A DNA stretch of 64,000 nucleotides. Source: Patescibacteria group bacterium (GTDB lineage Bacteria > Patescibacteriota > Patescibacteriia > UBA10025 > JAHIVO01). The notes under the pieces were generated by a model that made no database searches, was not told where the DNA came from, and saw only the letters and a list, made by a program, of their open reading frames with translations. The position numbers were made by a program, and so were the translations under genes. Below, piece by piece: positions 49,101 to 60,400 of this stretch. The stretch's first letter is position 1. Each line of letters opens with the position of its first letter. The stretch is taken from assembly GCA_041660605.1 (NCBI GenBank), contig JBAZWB010000002.1:66216-130215 (forward strand), in the 5' to 3' direction.

Positions 49101-50117
49101 CTAAAATTCTATCGGCTCAAAGGGATTATAATTGTAAGGGGAAGCTAATATATCCTTCGATGATTCATTGCCGCTATTGTCAACGCTGGTTATCGTATAA
49201 TAATAAGTAATATTCGGATCAATGGCCACCATCGCGCAGCTGCGCCCTGTTTTCTTATCAACGCTGATCTTCTCTAAAATGGCCGTATCAGTAACGCAGT
49301 CCAACGCCTCTACGCTTTCTTTAAGCACATGAGCTTCGACGCCGGGAGTTAATTTTTCCATCAGTTGACCAACCTGGCCTTTTATTTTTGATTCATAAAT
49401 CCTGATGCCGCTGGCATCATTTTCCGGCGGTTCCACCCAGGAAATCATCAGCTGGTCATTGCCAATATCGCTTATCTTCACATTGCTGGGTGCTGTGGGC
49501 GGAAATTCATCGTTAGGAATCGCGCTATACTGCTGAATATTCAATGAGCTTAAACCGTCCTGTTTATCGTCCGGTATATTAGGGTCATAGATGGCGCTTT
49601 TCACGGTATAAAAATAAACGGTGCCATTTGTTAAATCTGCATCCTCGAGGCTCATGCGCGTTTTGGCCGGATCAACAGGCATCAAGGCGACTGATTTTCC
49701 AAGAGTACCGGCTTTTTCGGAACGGAATATTTTTATTTTATTGAAATTCACCTGCTCAGGCAGTTGCCAGCTGATCAATAGTTTCCCCCCGATCCTGAGA
49801 TTATTCACGGATATATTCACCGGTGCCAGAGGAACCTTCTCGTCCAGCGCCATCCCCTCGTACTGTTCGGTGAAGCCGGCAAATTTCTTTCTTTCCAGAC
49901 TTAGAAACTGCGTATCAGAAAAAATTGAATCCTCAATCGCCGGCACTATTTTTCTGTCAGACAAAATCGCGGTGCTAAGAGACGAATTTACGGCCTTTGG
50001 CTTGGCCGCGGCAAAATAGCTTTTATAAACAAAATATCCGGCCGCGACTATAAAAACCGCCACGACTACCAATATTATTTTTGTTTTTTTATTAAATTCT
50101 GTTTTTTTGACCAACAT
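49101..50117 (-). CDS. Membrane-anchored protein with two fibronectin type III-like domains
   Basis: N-terminal TM; LISW...IFRS...YFYTVKS; ISW...YYYTITSVDNSGNES. Confidence 0.78.
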   Translation of the reverse strand: MLVKKTEFNKKTKIILVVVAVFIVAAGYFVYKSYFAAAKPKAVNSSLSTAILSDRKIVPAIEDSIFSDTQFLSLERKKFAGFTEQYEGMALDEKVPLAPVNISVNNLRIGGKLLISWQLPEQVNFNKIKIFRSEKAGTLGKSVALMPVDPAKTRMSLEDADLTNGTVYFYTVKSAIYDPNIPDDKQDGLSSLNIQQYSAIPNDEFPPTAPSNVKISDIGNDQLMISWVEPPENDASGIRIYESKIKGQVGQLMEKLTPGVEAHVLKESVEALDCVTDTAILEKISVDKKTGRSCAMVAIDPNITYYYTITSVDNSGNESSKDILASPYNYNPFEPIEF

Positions 50118-50120
50118 ATT

Positions 50121-50702
50121 TTATTTATAATAGGTGGTGAGATTTAGCGCGTAAACGTCCGTTTCCGGGGAGTATGAAAGGGAATTCAGCTCTAAGAGCG
50201 GCAGGCGCTGGCTCATATTATCCAGAAAATCTTTTAATTTGAAATAGCTGTCAATGCCTTTGATGCCGAGAGTGATGTTCAGGCTGCTGACTGCGCTGCC
50301 CTTGGCGGCGGTGTCGCCCAAAGTATTGCCCAAAGGACCGCTTTCTATGCTGTTCAGAACCAATTTATTTTCTGTAATAAAATCTTTTATTTCAATCATT
50401 AAGAAAGGTATTTCTGATTCGCTGGGCAAAAAATAACTCAGTTGATCCAGCTTTTCTTTCTGTATGCCGGAATATTTTTCCTTGAGCTTATTCAATTTAT
50501 CCAGGGTCAATTGCTTTTGCTGCAAGACACCCTCTTCCGTCCGCAGACTAGTGATGCCGGTATTGTTTATCTCTGTCAGCGTATCCTTGACAAACAGCAT
50601 ATAAGCTCCGCCCAGTATTATTAAAACTACCAGGGCAACAATAATTATAAAATATTTATTGAAGATATAGGCTATTTTTGTTTTTATTGATGCTAGTTTC
50701 AT
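50121..50702 (-). CDS. PilO-like protein (likely start MKLAS)
   Basis: N-terminal TM, coiled coil, LPSE..IP, SYFKLKDFL; position after pilN. Confidence 0.7.
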   Translation of the reverse strand: MKLASIKTKIAYIFNKYFIIIVALVVLIILGGAYMLFVKDTLTEINNTGITSLRTEEGVLQQKQLTLDKLNKLKEKYSGIQKEKLDQLSYFLPSESEIPFLMIEIKDFITENKLVLNSIESGPLGNTLGDTAAKGSAVSSLNITLGIKGIDSYFKLKDFLDNMSQRLPLLELNSLSYSPETDVYALNLTTYYK

Positions 50703-50706
50703 ATTT

Positions 50707-52602
50707 TTATCGCGGGAAAAGATAAATTGTCGGATCAATCATTAATTCGGCATTAAAAAGAACGGGTTTTTCCACATTGGAATTTTCTGCGCCCTCCTCG
50801 GCTGCCTGCCCGAGATTATCAGAAAACACAATATTAGAAACGGTCGCCGCTTTTATTACATCCTTAGCCTGCTCATAAATCATTAATTGCTTGATGGCCG
50901 AATCATAGTCTTTGCCAGCCGCCGATAATTTTATATAGCCATTTACATCGGCAGTCATGTTGGTGTAGTAAACATCTGGGGTCGTATATTCTTCCAAAAT
51001 TTCAAATAACTTTGACCAGTATATATGCTGCGACATTAAGGTGGTGGTATCCTGGATATCCTGATTCAGGCTTTGAACGTTTTGCAGCAACTGATCGTAT
51101 TGCTTGATCCGGGCGTCAGCCTCAAATATTTTTTGTTTTACATCACCTATCTGTGCGGTAATATTATTTTTATACCAGTCTGACCAGACCCAGCCGCCAA
51201 ATGACAAGCCGAAGGCGATTATAATAAACAATGCCAGATACAGCCAGCGCGAAGCCAAAACTTTTACCTCAACCGCATCTTCTGGAATGAGATTTACTTC
51301 CCACTCCATATTTTCGTTTGTAGCTGGTTCGGTTCTTGGCTCGGTCATATTCATGCCGTCTTTTCCGCTTTTTGGCGGAGGAGGGGGCGGGATAGTATTT
51401 GCTATTTTTTCTTCCGGCTTTTCTTTTATAAATGTAGCTGGCCCCGCCTCTGACGGATGCAATAAATCAATTTTATCCAGCGGCTTTCTTTCCTTTGGTG
51501 CTGGCTCTGGAACTATTTCCGATTTAACTTCCGATACCATTGCTTCAGAGGGAATAGCTTTCTTCTTCCCGGCGAATATTCCAGTCAGCTTTCCCCATAT
51601 TTTTTTCAGCCAGATCGAAAACTTTGAAGGCCCCTGAAGTTTACCGGGTTTTTCTTTTTTTATTTGAACAGCTGGAGCAGGCGGTGGCGGAATTAATTCA
51701 AAACTGGGCAGTTCCTTCTTAATAGCTTCCGGTTTTGGCAAAACCGAAGCAGCTGCTTTTTTAGCTTCCTTCTCATTTTTTGGCTGCCGCTTAAAGGTAA
51801 ATATTTTTTTTATTGACTCCAATAAAGACTTCCACCAAACGGCCAGCTTTGATGGCCGTTTTATCTTTTTCTCCACTAGCTTTTTTATCTCCGGTTTAGA
51901 ATGTATAGAGGGCTTTATCAGCTCAATTGGTTTCAGTTTTTCCTCAACCTTGATCACCTCTTCCTTAGCAGGCGGATAAGTCTTCCTGACTGGCAGTATG
52001 AATGGTGCTGGTTCGCTTGCCGGTTGTACTATCTGGCTTTGCGGCTTGGTATCTGATTCACCGCTGCCATTTTTTACATACTCAGTGGTAATATTAATAA
52101 TCTCACCGCGGCGAGGTTTGATGTCGCTGGGTTTGAAAATCTTTTCTGATCTGACCGGCTTGTATTTAGGAAACTGATCTTCCGGATACTGGCCAAAATA
52201 CTTCTTCTCCGGCTTAGCCTGAATGTTTCTTTTTCTGGAAAATATTCCAGATATAAATTTCCAAAATTTCTGCCATAGACTTTCTCTGGAATCCATCCTC
52301 ATGGATTCCGGCTTGGTCGTGTATAATTTGACTTCTTTCCTGACCGGTGCCGGTGCGATTGGTTCGCGTATAATTTCCTTCCTGATATAAATCTTCTTTT
52401 GAGGAAAAATTTTCTCCTTTTTGCTCTCTGCGCTGGGCCGCTGGAATGCCTGTTTGAAAAACATCAAAACGCCCGACTGCTTGACAGCCGGCCTGATTTT
52501 TTCCGCTTTGACAGGTCCCATTAATTCAATATGCGTTACTTCCTGCCGTTTGAAATTTTTGATTTTTAATTTTTCCTCATCAGGGAGGAGATTAATAGGC
52601 AT
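50707..52602 (-). CDS. Extended PilN-like protein with long Lys/Pro/Glu-rich N-terminus
   Basis: N-terminal INLLP, second VNLIP before TM, coiled coil, HIYWS..F..LE..T. Confidence 0.75.
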   Translation of the reverse strand: MPINLLPDEEKLKIKNFKRQEVTHIELMGPVKAEKIRPAVKQSGVLMFFKQAFQRPSAESKKEKIFPQKKIYIRKEIIREPIAPAPVRKEVKLYTTKPESMRMDSRESLWQKFWKFISGIFSRKRNIQAKPEKKYFGQYPEDQFPKYKPVRSEKIFKPSDIKPRRGEIINITTEYVKNGSGESDTKPQSQIVQPASEPAPFILPVRKTYPPAKEEVIKVEEKLKPIELIKPSIHSKPEIKKLVEKKIKRPSKLAVWWKSLLESIKKIFTFKRQPKNEKEAKKAAASVLPKPEAIKKELPSFELIPPPPAPAVQIKKEKPGKLQGPSKFSIWLKKIWGKLTGIFAGKKKAIPSEAMVSEVKSEIVPEPAPKERKPLDKIDLLHPSEAGPATFIKEKPEEKIANTIPPPPPPKSGKDGMNMTEPRTEPATNENMEWEVNLIPEDAVEVKVLASRWLYLALFIIIAFGLSFGGWVWSDWYKNNITAQIGDVKQKIFEADARIKQYDQLLQNVQSLNQDIQDTTTLMSQHIYWSKLFEILEEYTTPDVYYTNMTADVNGYIKLSAAGKDYDSAIKQLMIYEQAKDVIKAATVSNIVFSDNLGQAAEEGAENSNVEKPVLFNAELMIDPTIYLFPR

Positions 52603-52722
52603 TATTTTTGTTTTATTTTGGTTTTTTGGTTGAACTCCGGTAAAAAACAGCCTTTTGCCTATAAAATAAGGCGATTCATATCCCCTATGCAGGGAGACTA
52701 TGAGTCTTTTACCTCTGTATAT

Positions 52723-52751
52723 ATTTTAGCACATTTAAAAAAATAAGTCAA
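52723..52751 (-). promoter_or_regulatory. Sigma70-type promoter between pilM and pilN-like gene
   Basis: TTGACT-17 nt-TAAAAT with extended -10 TG. Confidence 0.65.
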
Positions 52752-52830
52752 CCCTTTTTAGCTTTTTCGACAAAATAAAACCGCTATCACTACCCTGCCT
52801 GATAGCTATAGCACATTTTAAAAATAACTT

Positions 52831-53949
52831 TTAAACAATCTCGCGCATAGCCAAACCGATGGCGACAGATAATTTTGGCCCTAATTGTTTAAGCATTTTA
52901 TCTATTTCAACCGGATGTATGACCCTGGCCCAGGGATCACCGACAAATGACTTGATATTGAATATGTTCTGGATGTAATCCGTCATATTGACCAGGAAAG
53001 ACGAACCGCCGGTCATGATCACCTTGGAGATCGGCTGTTTATTCTGATTTTGGTAAATATTCAAAATATACCTGACCTCATTTATTATAGAATTGATCAG
53101 ATAAGCGACCGGCTCCGGAAGATTTTCAATTTTTTCTTTCATTACCGCCATACCCATATCTCTCTTGAATTGCTCTGCCTGCCCTTCTGACAAACCCATG
53201 ATATCAACCAGTGATTTGGTGATATTCTTGCCGCCAACGTCGATACTGCGGTTGAGGATGGGCACGCCGCCGGAAAAAATTATAATACTGGTAGAAGCGC
53301 TGCCGATGTCAATTACCATTATCGGATTGCGATCGTTGCCTACCAGCGATCTCTCCAGAGCGAATGATTCGGTTTCCAGGCCAACCAGCTGGATGCCAAC
53401 TTCCTTAAAAATCTCTACATAGCGATTGACCAGATTTTTCGGAGCCGCTGTCAGCAATACTTTCAAATTGCCTTTTCTGGGCGGATTGTCCGATTCCCCA
53501 TCTTTATCTTTTTTATTTTTCTTGCCAGTTTTTTTATCATCCAAATCTTCCTTATTTATTCCTGCCTGGCCAGGCTCTTTCAGTATCTCCCAGTCCAAAA
53601 TCATCTCTTCCAGTGGAATTGGTACAAACTTCTTTGCCTCCCAGCGCACGGCGGAAATAAGGTCCTTCTTATTCATTTCCGGCAGGCTGATGATCGAGCT
53701 GAATACGCTGAAACTGGGCATGGCGGAAATCGCCCGGTCGGAAGAAACTTTTGATGTTTTCAGCAATTCCTTCAGATGGCCGGCCAGCGCACGGCGAGCC
53801 TCCGGACTGTCGTCTTTAATAATATTATATGTTTCATCTATAAAACCGTAGGTCACCAGCTGCGGCCGGTTGTTGACGCTTTTTAACTCCACTACTTTCA
53901 GGCTCGATCCTCCCAGATCAATGCCGACATAACTTTGTTTTTTTGCCAC
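52831..53949 (-). CDS. pilM: Type IV pilus assembly protein PilM
   Basis: GIDLGGSSLKVVEL, EAKKFVP, IDIG, MTGGS, AIGLAMR. Confidence 0.95.
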   Translation of the reverse strand: MAKKQSYVGIDLGGSSLKVVELKSVNNRPQLVTYGFIDETYNIIKDDSPEARRALAGHLKELLKTSKVSSDRAISAMPSFSVFSSIISLPEMNKKDLISAVRWEAKKFVPIPLEEMILDWEILKEPGQAGINKEDLDDKKTGKKNKKDKDGESDNPPRKGNLKVLLTAAPKNLVNRYVEIFKEVGIQLVGLETESFALERSLVGNDRNPIMVIDIGSASTSIIIFSGGVPILNRSIDVGGKNITKSLVDIMGLSEGQAEQFKRDMGMAVMKEKIENLPEPVAYLINSIINEVRYILNIYQNQNKQPISKVIMTGGSSFLVNMTDYIQNIFNIKSFVGDPWARVIHPVEIDKMLKQLGPKLSVAIGLAMREIV

Positions 53950-53955
53950 GGGATT

Positions 53956-53990
53956 TAATTAATAATGAATAATGTATAATTCATAATGAA
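53956..53990. repeat. Heptamer array (taatNNa x5), left flank of four-helix-bundle gene
   Basis: taattaa taatgaa taatgta taattca taatgaa. Confidence 0.8.
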
Positions 53991-54000
53991 AAAGTTGTAA

Positions 54001-54369
54001 TTATTTTGTTTTTGATTTGATAATAATAGTTGTAAGAATTTTTATAATCTCCTGAGATTTATCTTTTAGCATCACCTTGGATTCCTTGGTAACTCTGTTG
54101 ACCGAAAATATATATTCAAGCCAGTTATCAGTTTCAATAGCTGATTTCCTGGCATAATGAAGATAATTAATAAAATCCTTCCTGCTTGTTGCCCCGGAGC
54201 CTTCAGCCAAATTACCAGAAATCGAGGTCGCTGAACGCACAATCTGACCAACTAAAACCTTAATAATGGAATTATATGGGATCTTCTTGCAAAGATTAAA
54301 AACCATTAAACTCAAACTAAATGATTTCTTCCAAATATCCAAATCCTTATAATTTTTAAACGTACCCAT
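54001..54369 (-). CDS. Four-helix-bundle protein (23S rRNA-IVS protein family)
   Basis: YKDLDIWKKS, QIVRSATSISGNLAEG, DFINYL.YA.KSA.ET..WL. Confidence 0.92.
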   Translation of the reverse strand: MGTFKNYKDLDIWKKSFSLSLMVFNLCKKIPYNSIIKVLVGQIVRSATSISGNLAEGSGATSRKDFINYLHYARKSAIETDNWLEYIFSVNRVTKESKVMLKDKSQEIIKILTTIIIKSKTK

Positions 54370-54380
54370 CTTAATCTACA

Positions 54381-54420
54381 AATTATACATTATAAATTAT
54401 GAATTATGAATTATAAATTA
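54381..54420. repeat. Heptamer array, right flank (reverse complement of left array)
   Basis: aattata cattata aattatg aattatg aattata aatta. Confidence 0.8.
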
Positions 54421-57400
54421 CTATGGTATGACCTGCTGATATACCGGCAGCGCTTTTGTAAAGTCTGATAAACCCGGCGGCGTATTGGCTACCACCCTTC
54501 CATCATACACAATCTGTTCAGACGGAGCAAGATCTTTGGAATACTTCCTGTCAAAACTGTAACCCTTGGCTACGAACAAACCGGAGACCTGGAGAGGTAA
54601 TCGATAATTAACCACCAGATTACCGGTCCCCTCCTTGAGGCCACGGTATTCGCCATCTCCGGCTGTTGTCTCAACTGTATCGTTGCCGCGGCGCAGCCGT
54701 AATACCATTTCAGATTTGCCGCTGACGCCTGGCTGGTAATCACCCCTGCCGATAAAAGACTCTACTAAAGTGGTAATATCCCGCAGATAGACCGTCTCAT
54801 CAGTAGTCCATTCGGTATCGCTGATATTTTGGGCAGTTTCCGAGACATCATCAGTCATTAGCGCGCCATAAGGATTTGAGCTGAAATCAGGATAATCTCT
54901 CACCAAACCCTGCCTGGTCTGGAATCCCACTCCTCCGCTGTCGCAAACACTGGCACGTAAGTGCGCATCTAATATTTCCACATTGGCAGGCAGATTAATT
55001 CCTTTAAACCGTAAATATGTCCTTTCGGCGCTACCGGCATTCCAGCCGATATTCATGCAGGCGGCACCCTGATCATAACTGCCTGGTAAGGCCGCAGTAT
55101 CATTGCCTAGATCTGTTATATCATAATTCACCTGTTGCGGTGAAAATTCTATTATTAATTCTGCCGGGGAACCATCCTCAACTGAACTAAAACTGCGATA
55201 TTCATCGCCACTGGCATCACCCTCTTTCAACACGACTCCCATATATGAAGTTGCATTATCATAATATGTCTTTTCATACTCATCGGAATTTATATACTTC
55301 TGTACCAAAGACTTGATGTCCGGAGTGATGTTTTCGCCATTATCAACCCAATCAGTAACATCATAGCTGACGCTATTGGAGGTGGGTATATCATACAAAT
55401 TCTGGGCGTTAGGATTCTGAAAACTTGGAGGAGGAACAGTATGATTAAAAGCATAAATGTCATTATAATTAGCCAGATATATCCTACCGATAAAATCACC
55501 AGCGACCGCATTGTCACCTGTTAATTTTATTTTAGCGGATTTAATTTCCGAGTTGGGCGGGATATTCAAGCCGCCGGTGCCAAAACCCCAGCGCAAGTAC
55601 GAACGGTAGGTGACGCCAGCATCTAAACCGAACTTTAATGAATCGCCGTCATTTACATTATTATAAACAGCTCCAGCTTTTGAAACATAAGCGTCGTCAA
55701 CGCCAGCCTGGACTGTCTGCGATACTGGCAATCTTCTGCCAGTACTGATAACGCCCTTTACAACATCATCCGTGGTATCCGGATCAATAGCCACAAACAC
55801 GCCAGCCAGCTGGTCAACCGTGGAATTAATGTAAATATTGCCGCGCACGATTACCGCCGCTGAAGCCATCTCGCTGATGGAATCAAGCGTGCCGGAATTA
55901 TAATAAGTATTGTCGTTGATTTCCAGATCGCCATCAATCACAATCAATCCATTGCCAGAAGTTCCATTAAAACCATTTTCAAAAGTCATTTCATTATTTA
56001 TGACGTAATGGTCCGCTCCGCTAAAATGATAAATCTGGCCGTCTAATGCCATACTGCCGTGAGTGATGCTGCAGTTACTGATATCAACTACGCTGCCGCT
56101 GGCGTCTACCTGCGTCTGAACTCTATTGCCATTACGATTCAGACCTCCAGTATTTGCAACTAAACCATCTATATCCAAAGTTTCCAAAACATTTTGCCCA
56201 AGCGGGAATCCCGCGCCCGCCGTCCACGAACCGCCGTGGTCCGCGCAGCTGATCTCGGAAACATAAGCGGGAAGGCTGCACTTACCGCCGATCAATGAAT
56301 CCAGGCCCTGCTGATAAAAACCGCTGGTTGGCAATCCGGTCTGGGTCTGAGAGTAATAGCTAGGGATGCCCTGAATGCTGCCGTCTGCCAATATTAAATA
56401 TGTTGAAGTAAAATCTTCAGAACCTCTGGGCGGCGGCGCCAGCTGGATATTCTCCTGGGCGTAAATATCGCTGTACATAGTATTGACCCAGGGGATGCCG
56501 ATCAAAGCGCCTACCGGCATGACCTCCAGCCAACCCAGGCCGGATTTAAACTTGCCGGGAGTCCAGCGGTTGTATTTCAAATCAGAGGCTACACAATATT
56601 TTTCTGCGCTCGATGGCCAACTATAAGTAATACAATAAGGATATTGGGGATTAGTGCAATCAAGTGATGACCCAAAATTATCCAGCGCGCCGGTAGTCAG
56701 CCAGCGTTTTTCCGTTCGCCAATTGCCATCATCCCCGGAACCGACAATATACATATACGCAGTATCAATAGCCATCCCATTGACATATTTACTCGCCGCC
56801 GCGCCAGTTACCACCCCACTGCCGGCATCGCCAAAGTCACCGGCTGGACAGGCGCCTGCAGTGCAGAGCGCGCCGGTATTAATATTATATTTTTCAATTC
56901 TCAAATCTTCTTCAAACTCATCATTTCCTGCAATATAAATATATTCCTGGTCAATATCCAGCTCACCGAGAATAAGGGTGGCAGACTGCCCGGCAATCAC
57001 CCCACCAGTCCCAAAATCACCGGCTGGACAGGCGCCTGCAGTGCAGAGCGCGCCGGTATCCAAACGGCGTTTTTCGATATGCCAGTCATTAGCAACGGTG
57101 CCGCCAATATACATGTATTCACTGTCGATTTTTATTGAATACAGCGTAACATTCGTCCCTGCGACAGTGATTATTCCGCTCCCGGCATCGCCAAAGTCAC
57201 CGTCTGAACAAGTGCCAGCGGTGCAGAGCGCGCCGGTATCCAGGCTGCGTTTTTCGATACGCCCTTTATTAGAATCATTGAAGCCTGCTACATATAAATA
57301 ATTATCATCAATAACAATATCTTGAGCCTTATTACTATCGCTGGCACCGGTTATTATTCCGGCAGTGCCGAATGAATCAACCAATGAACCATCTGACAGA

Positions 57401-60400
57401 CGGCGTTTTTCGATACGCCAGTTATTAGAGTCGTCCTTTCCAGATATGTACATATAACTGCCATCAATAGCTATGCCACCTGCATTCATCCCATCAACAC
57501 TGGTAACGGTTCCACCTGTACCAAAACTTGCGTACAAAGAGCCGTCGGATAACAACCTTTTTTCTATACGCCAGTTACTGGGCGGCGTAGTCGCGCCAAA
57601 CACATACATATATGTTGAGTCAATGGCGATTCTTCTAGCACCATTGCCTCCAGCAGGTCCATTTACTACCCCCCCAATGCCAAAGGTCCCAGCTGAACAG
57701 ACGCCAGCAGCACATAATTCCCCGTCAGCTGACCGGCGTTTTTCTATATGCCACGTTGCGTCATCATTCGAACCTATGGTGTACATATAATCAGTTTCAA
57801 GGGCTACGTCATTCGCACTTGACGTTGAAGCTACTTCCACTATTCCATCTCCATCAAACGCTCCGCATTGCAGGCCGCCGGCAAAAGCGACCGGATCAAC
57901 CTGCGTATCAATCCAAATAATATGCGGATTGCCCAAGGCATCCAGTTTAACGCTGTTTAAGCGCGAATGCCAGTCTGATGACGCGTCAACAGTCAAATAT
58001 AGATCATCATAATTTAATAGGCCGCCGGAATCCCCAGATGCCGTTACCCAGGCGCCGCTGCCACCGGAAGACAAAGGGCTCCAATAGCGGTAGCGCACAT
58101 CAGCGATCCCGCGCCAAGCCAAGTCGTCGCCCCAAACCACGTGTGGCCTGTCTTGGTCATCAAACGTCAAATCCATGGAATGGCTGGCATGAACCGTCAT
58201 TTCCGGTTCACCCACAGCCGGACGATTAGGCCAGATATCATCAAACTGCCCATCTACTGGATTTGCATCCACCCAATCCTTAGCGGCCGTATCCCACTGC
58301 AAAAAGATTAAACGCCCCGGATCGCGCCAGAGCAAGCCCGGTCGGTTGTCAGAAGTCAGGGCAATTTTGGGATCAGCGCCTTCTGGATTAGGAATACCGA
58401 TGCCCCAACTGTTTGAATCAATATTAGCCGATACGTCATCATCAGGGCCGTCAGCAGGGTCAGCGTCCACCCAACCGCTACCATCCCACCAGCGGTAAAA
58501 AATTTCTTCGCCCGAAGCAGTACTGGCCGCGGTATTTTCCTGCCAGACAATGTGGGGCCTTTGCTCCGGCGTCTCATTGCCCAGGGCCAGTCTGGGATTA
58601 TTAGATTCAGTAGCGGTATTGCTGACATTAACAAAACCATTGGCCGTACCGTCAGCCGTCACCCAAGCCGTGCCATTATTCCAGCGGTAATATATTTCCG
58701 CTAAAGCATATGAATCTTTTCGATAAACAATATGCGGATGATTGTTTCGGTCTATTTCCATAGAGGGCATATAACTCCCCGTATCAACCTGGCTCGGCGC
58801 TTGCCAGGACCTCGCCGTACTGTCCCAGGATGAATAATAAACAATGCTATTTTCGTCCCAAGCCAGATGCGGCAGGTCATTGCCGTCCAGCGCTAAAGAG
58901 AGACGTTCGGCATCCTCGCTCTCTTTACCGGCCGGTTTTGCAACCTGGCCGTTAACGCCCGGCTGGTACTCACTGTCGTCCGCGGTCAGCCAGCGGCCAT
59001 TTTTGTATTTAATATAATAAATGACATAACTGGCGGTGGCATCGTTATAATTCACCCAGGCCAGATGCGGATCTCCGGCTGAATCAATGGCGATGTCCGG
59101 ATATCCCGGATTATCATAAATATTAGTGGCTACTTTTTTTGTATTACTGACATTAACGGCCGGCAGCCAGCGCGAGCGCGTGCTGAAATCGTTCTTTTCC
59201 GCGTTCCAGCCCCATCCGAACAGGCTATATAACGGTATTTCATCGGGATTCAAATCCGGATCGCCAAGGTACGACTGGGTATCTACGCTAGTGCCAACCG
59301 TACTGTAGCTCCCCTTATTACCCTGCCCATCGTCATACTCTCCGCTCCAGCTGATCCAGCCCCAGGCACAAGGCTGTGTTGAGCCAGCGATACCGCAGTT
59401 ATAGCCGGCGCCGATGTCTTTCAAGGACATAATGCGGGCCCAACCGTCTATGCCATGCGTCGTGCCGTTAAAATTGGAAGTAGCAAAAGTATGGCACACG
59501 TCATTTACCGGATCAATCGTACAGGTGCCTGCTTGCCCACCCGAGGCGCTACGGCTACAGGTATATCTTTTGTCATAATCAAACAAACAAGTGGCCGATG
59601 CCGGCACGGCGCAATGAGTCAAATTCACCGTGGTGCACCAAGCGCTATTATCGGAGCACTGGCCGTACATATTACCGTCTTTATCATAGCAGTAGCCATA
59701 AGTAACTCCATCCGGCGGACTGCCGGCGCTCTCATTGCAAGTGTTTGCCACGCCACAATCAATGTCAGTGTAACAACCCTTTTGCGAATCATTACTGCAG
59801 ACGCTCTCATATGAACTTATCCAGCCTAGGCCGGTGGTAACTGGTTCTGCTGCTGGTGATATTTTATAAATAAAATTTGTACCATAATCTGTTGACCAGA
59901 TACTGGATCCGTCATTTATGATCTGCTTAGGCTCTGACGGATTTCCAAAGTCAAACCTTTTTATGGTGCTCTGATTAATGGGATCTATTTGATAAACAGA
60001 ATGTTTCTGCGCATCCCCCAGCCATAAATTACCGTGAAAATATTCCAGCCCATACATGTCATCGCCAGTCCAGTCGCCATCAGTTATTTGAATAACATTG
60101 CCATTTGCTGGATCGAGCCTGGTCAGTCCCGACTGGCGAGCTACCCATAGATATCGGTTGTCAAAAGCCAAGTCATACGGCTTAGTTATGCCTGCGCCTA
60201 AATTGTAAGTATTATTTACTGAACCATCTAAACCAATTCGTGAAATAAAATTACTGCCGTAGTTTGGCGCCCAGACATACTTGCCGTCAAACAGCGGCCA
60301 GGTAGGCGAACTGCCGACTCCATAACGGGCTGATTCTACGCCGTCACTCACCCGGATTCGCGATACTTCCCCAGCCACCACATTATGAGTCACCCACAGC

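Noticed and set aside
54001-54369. Diversity-generating retroelement (Avd-like gene beside a large surface protein)
   Set aside because: No reverse transcriptase and no TR/VR pair with adenine-specific mismatches seen in the window
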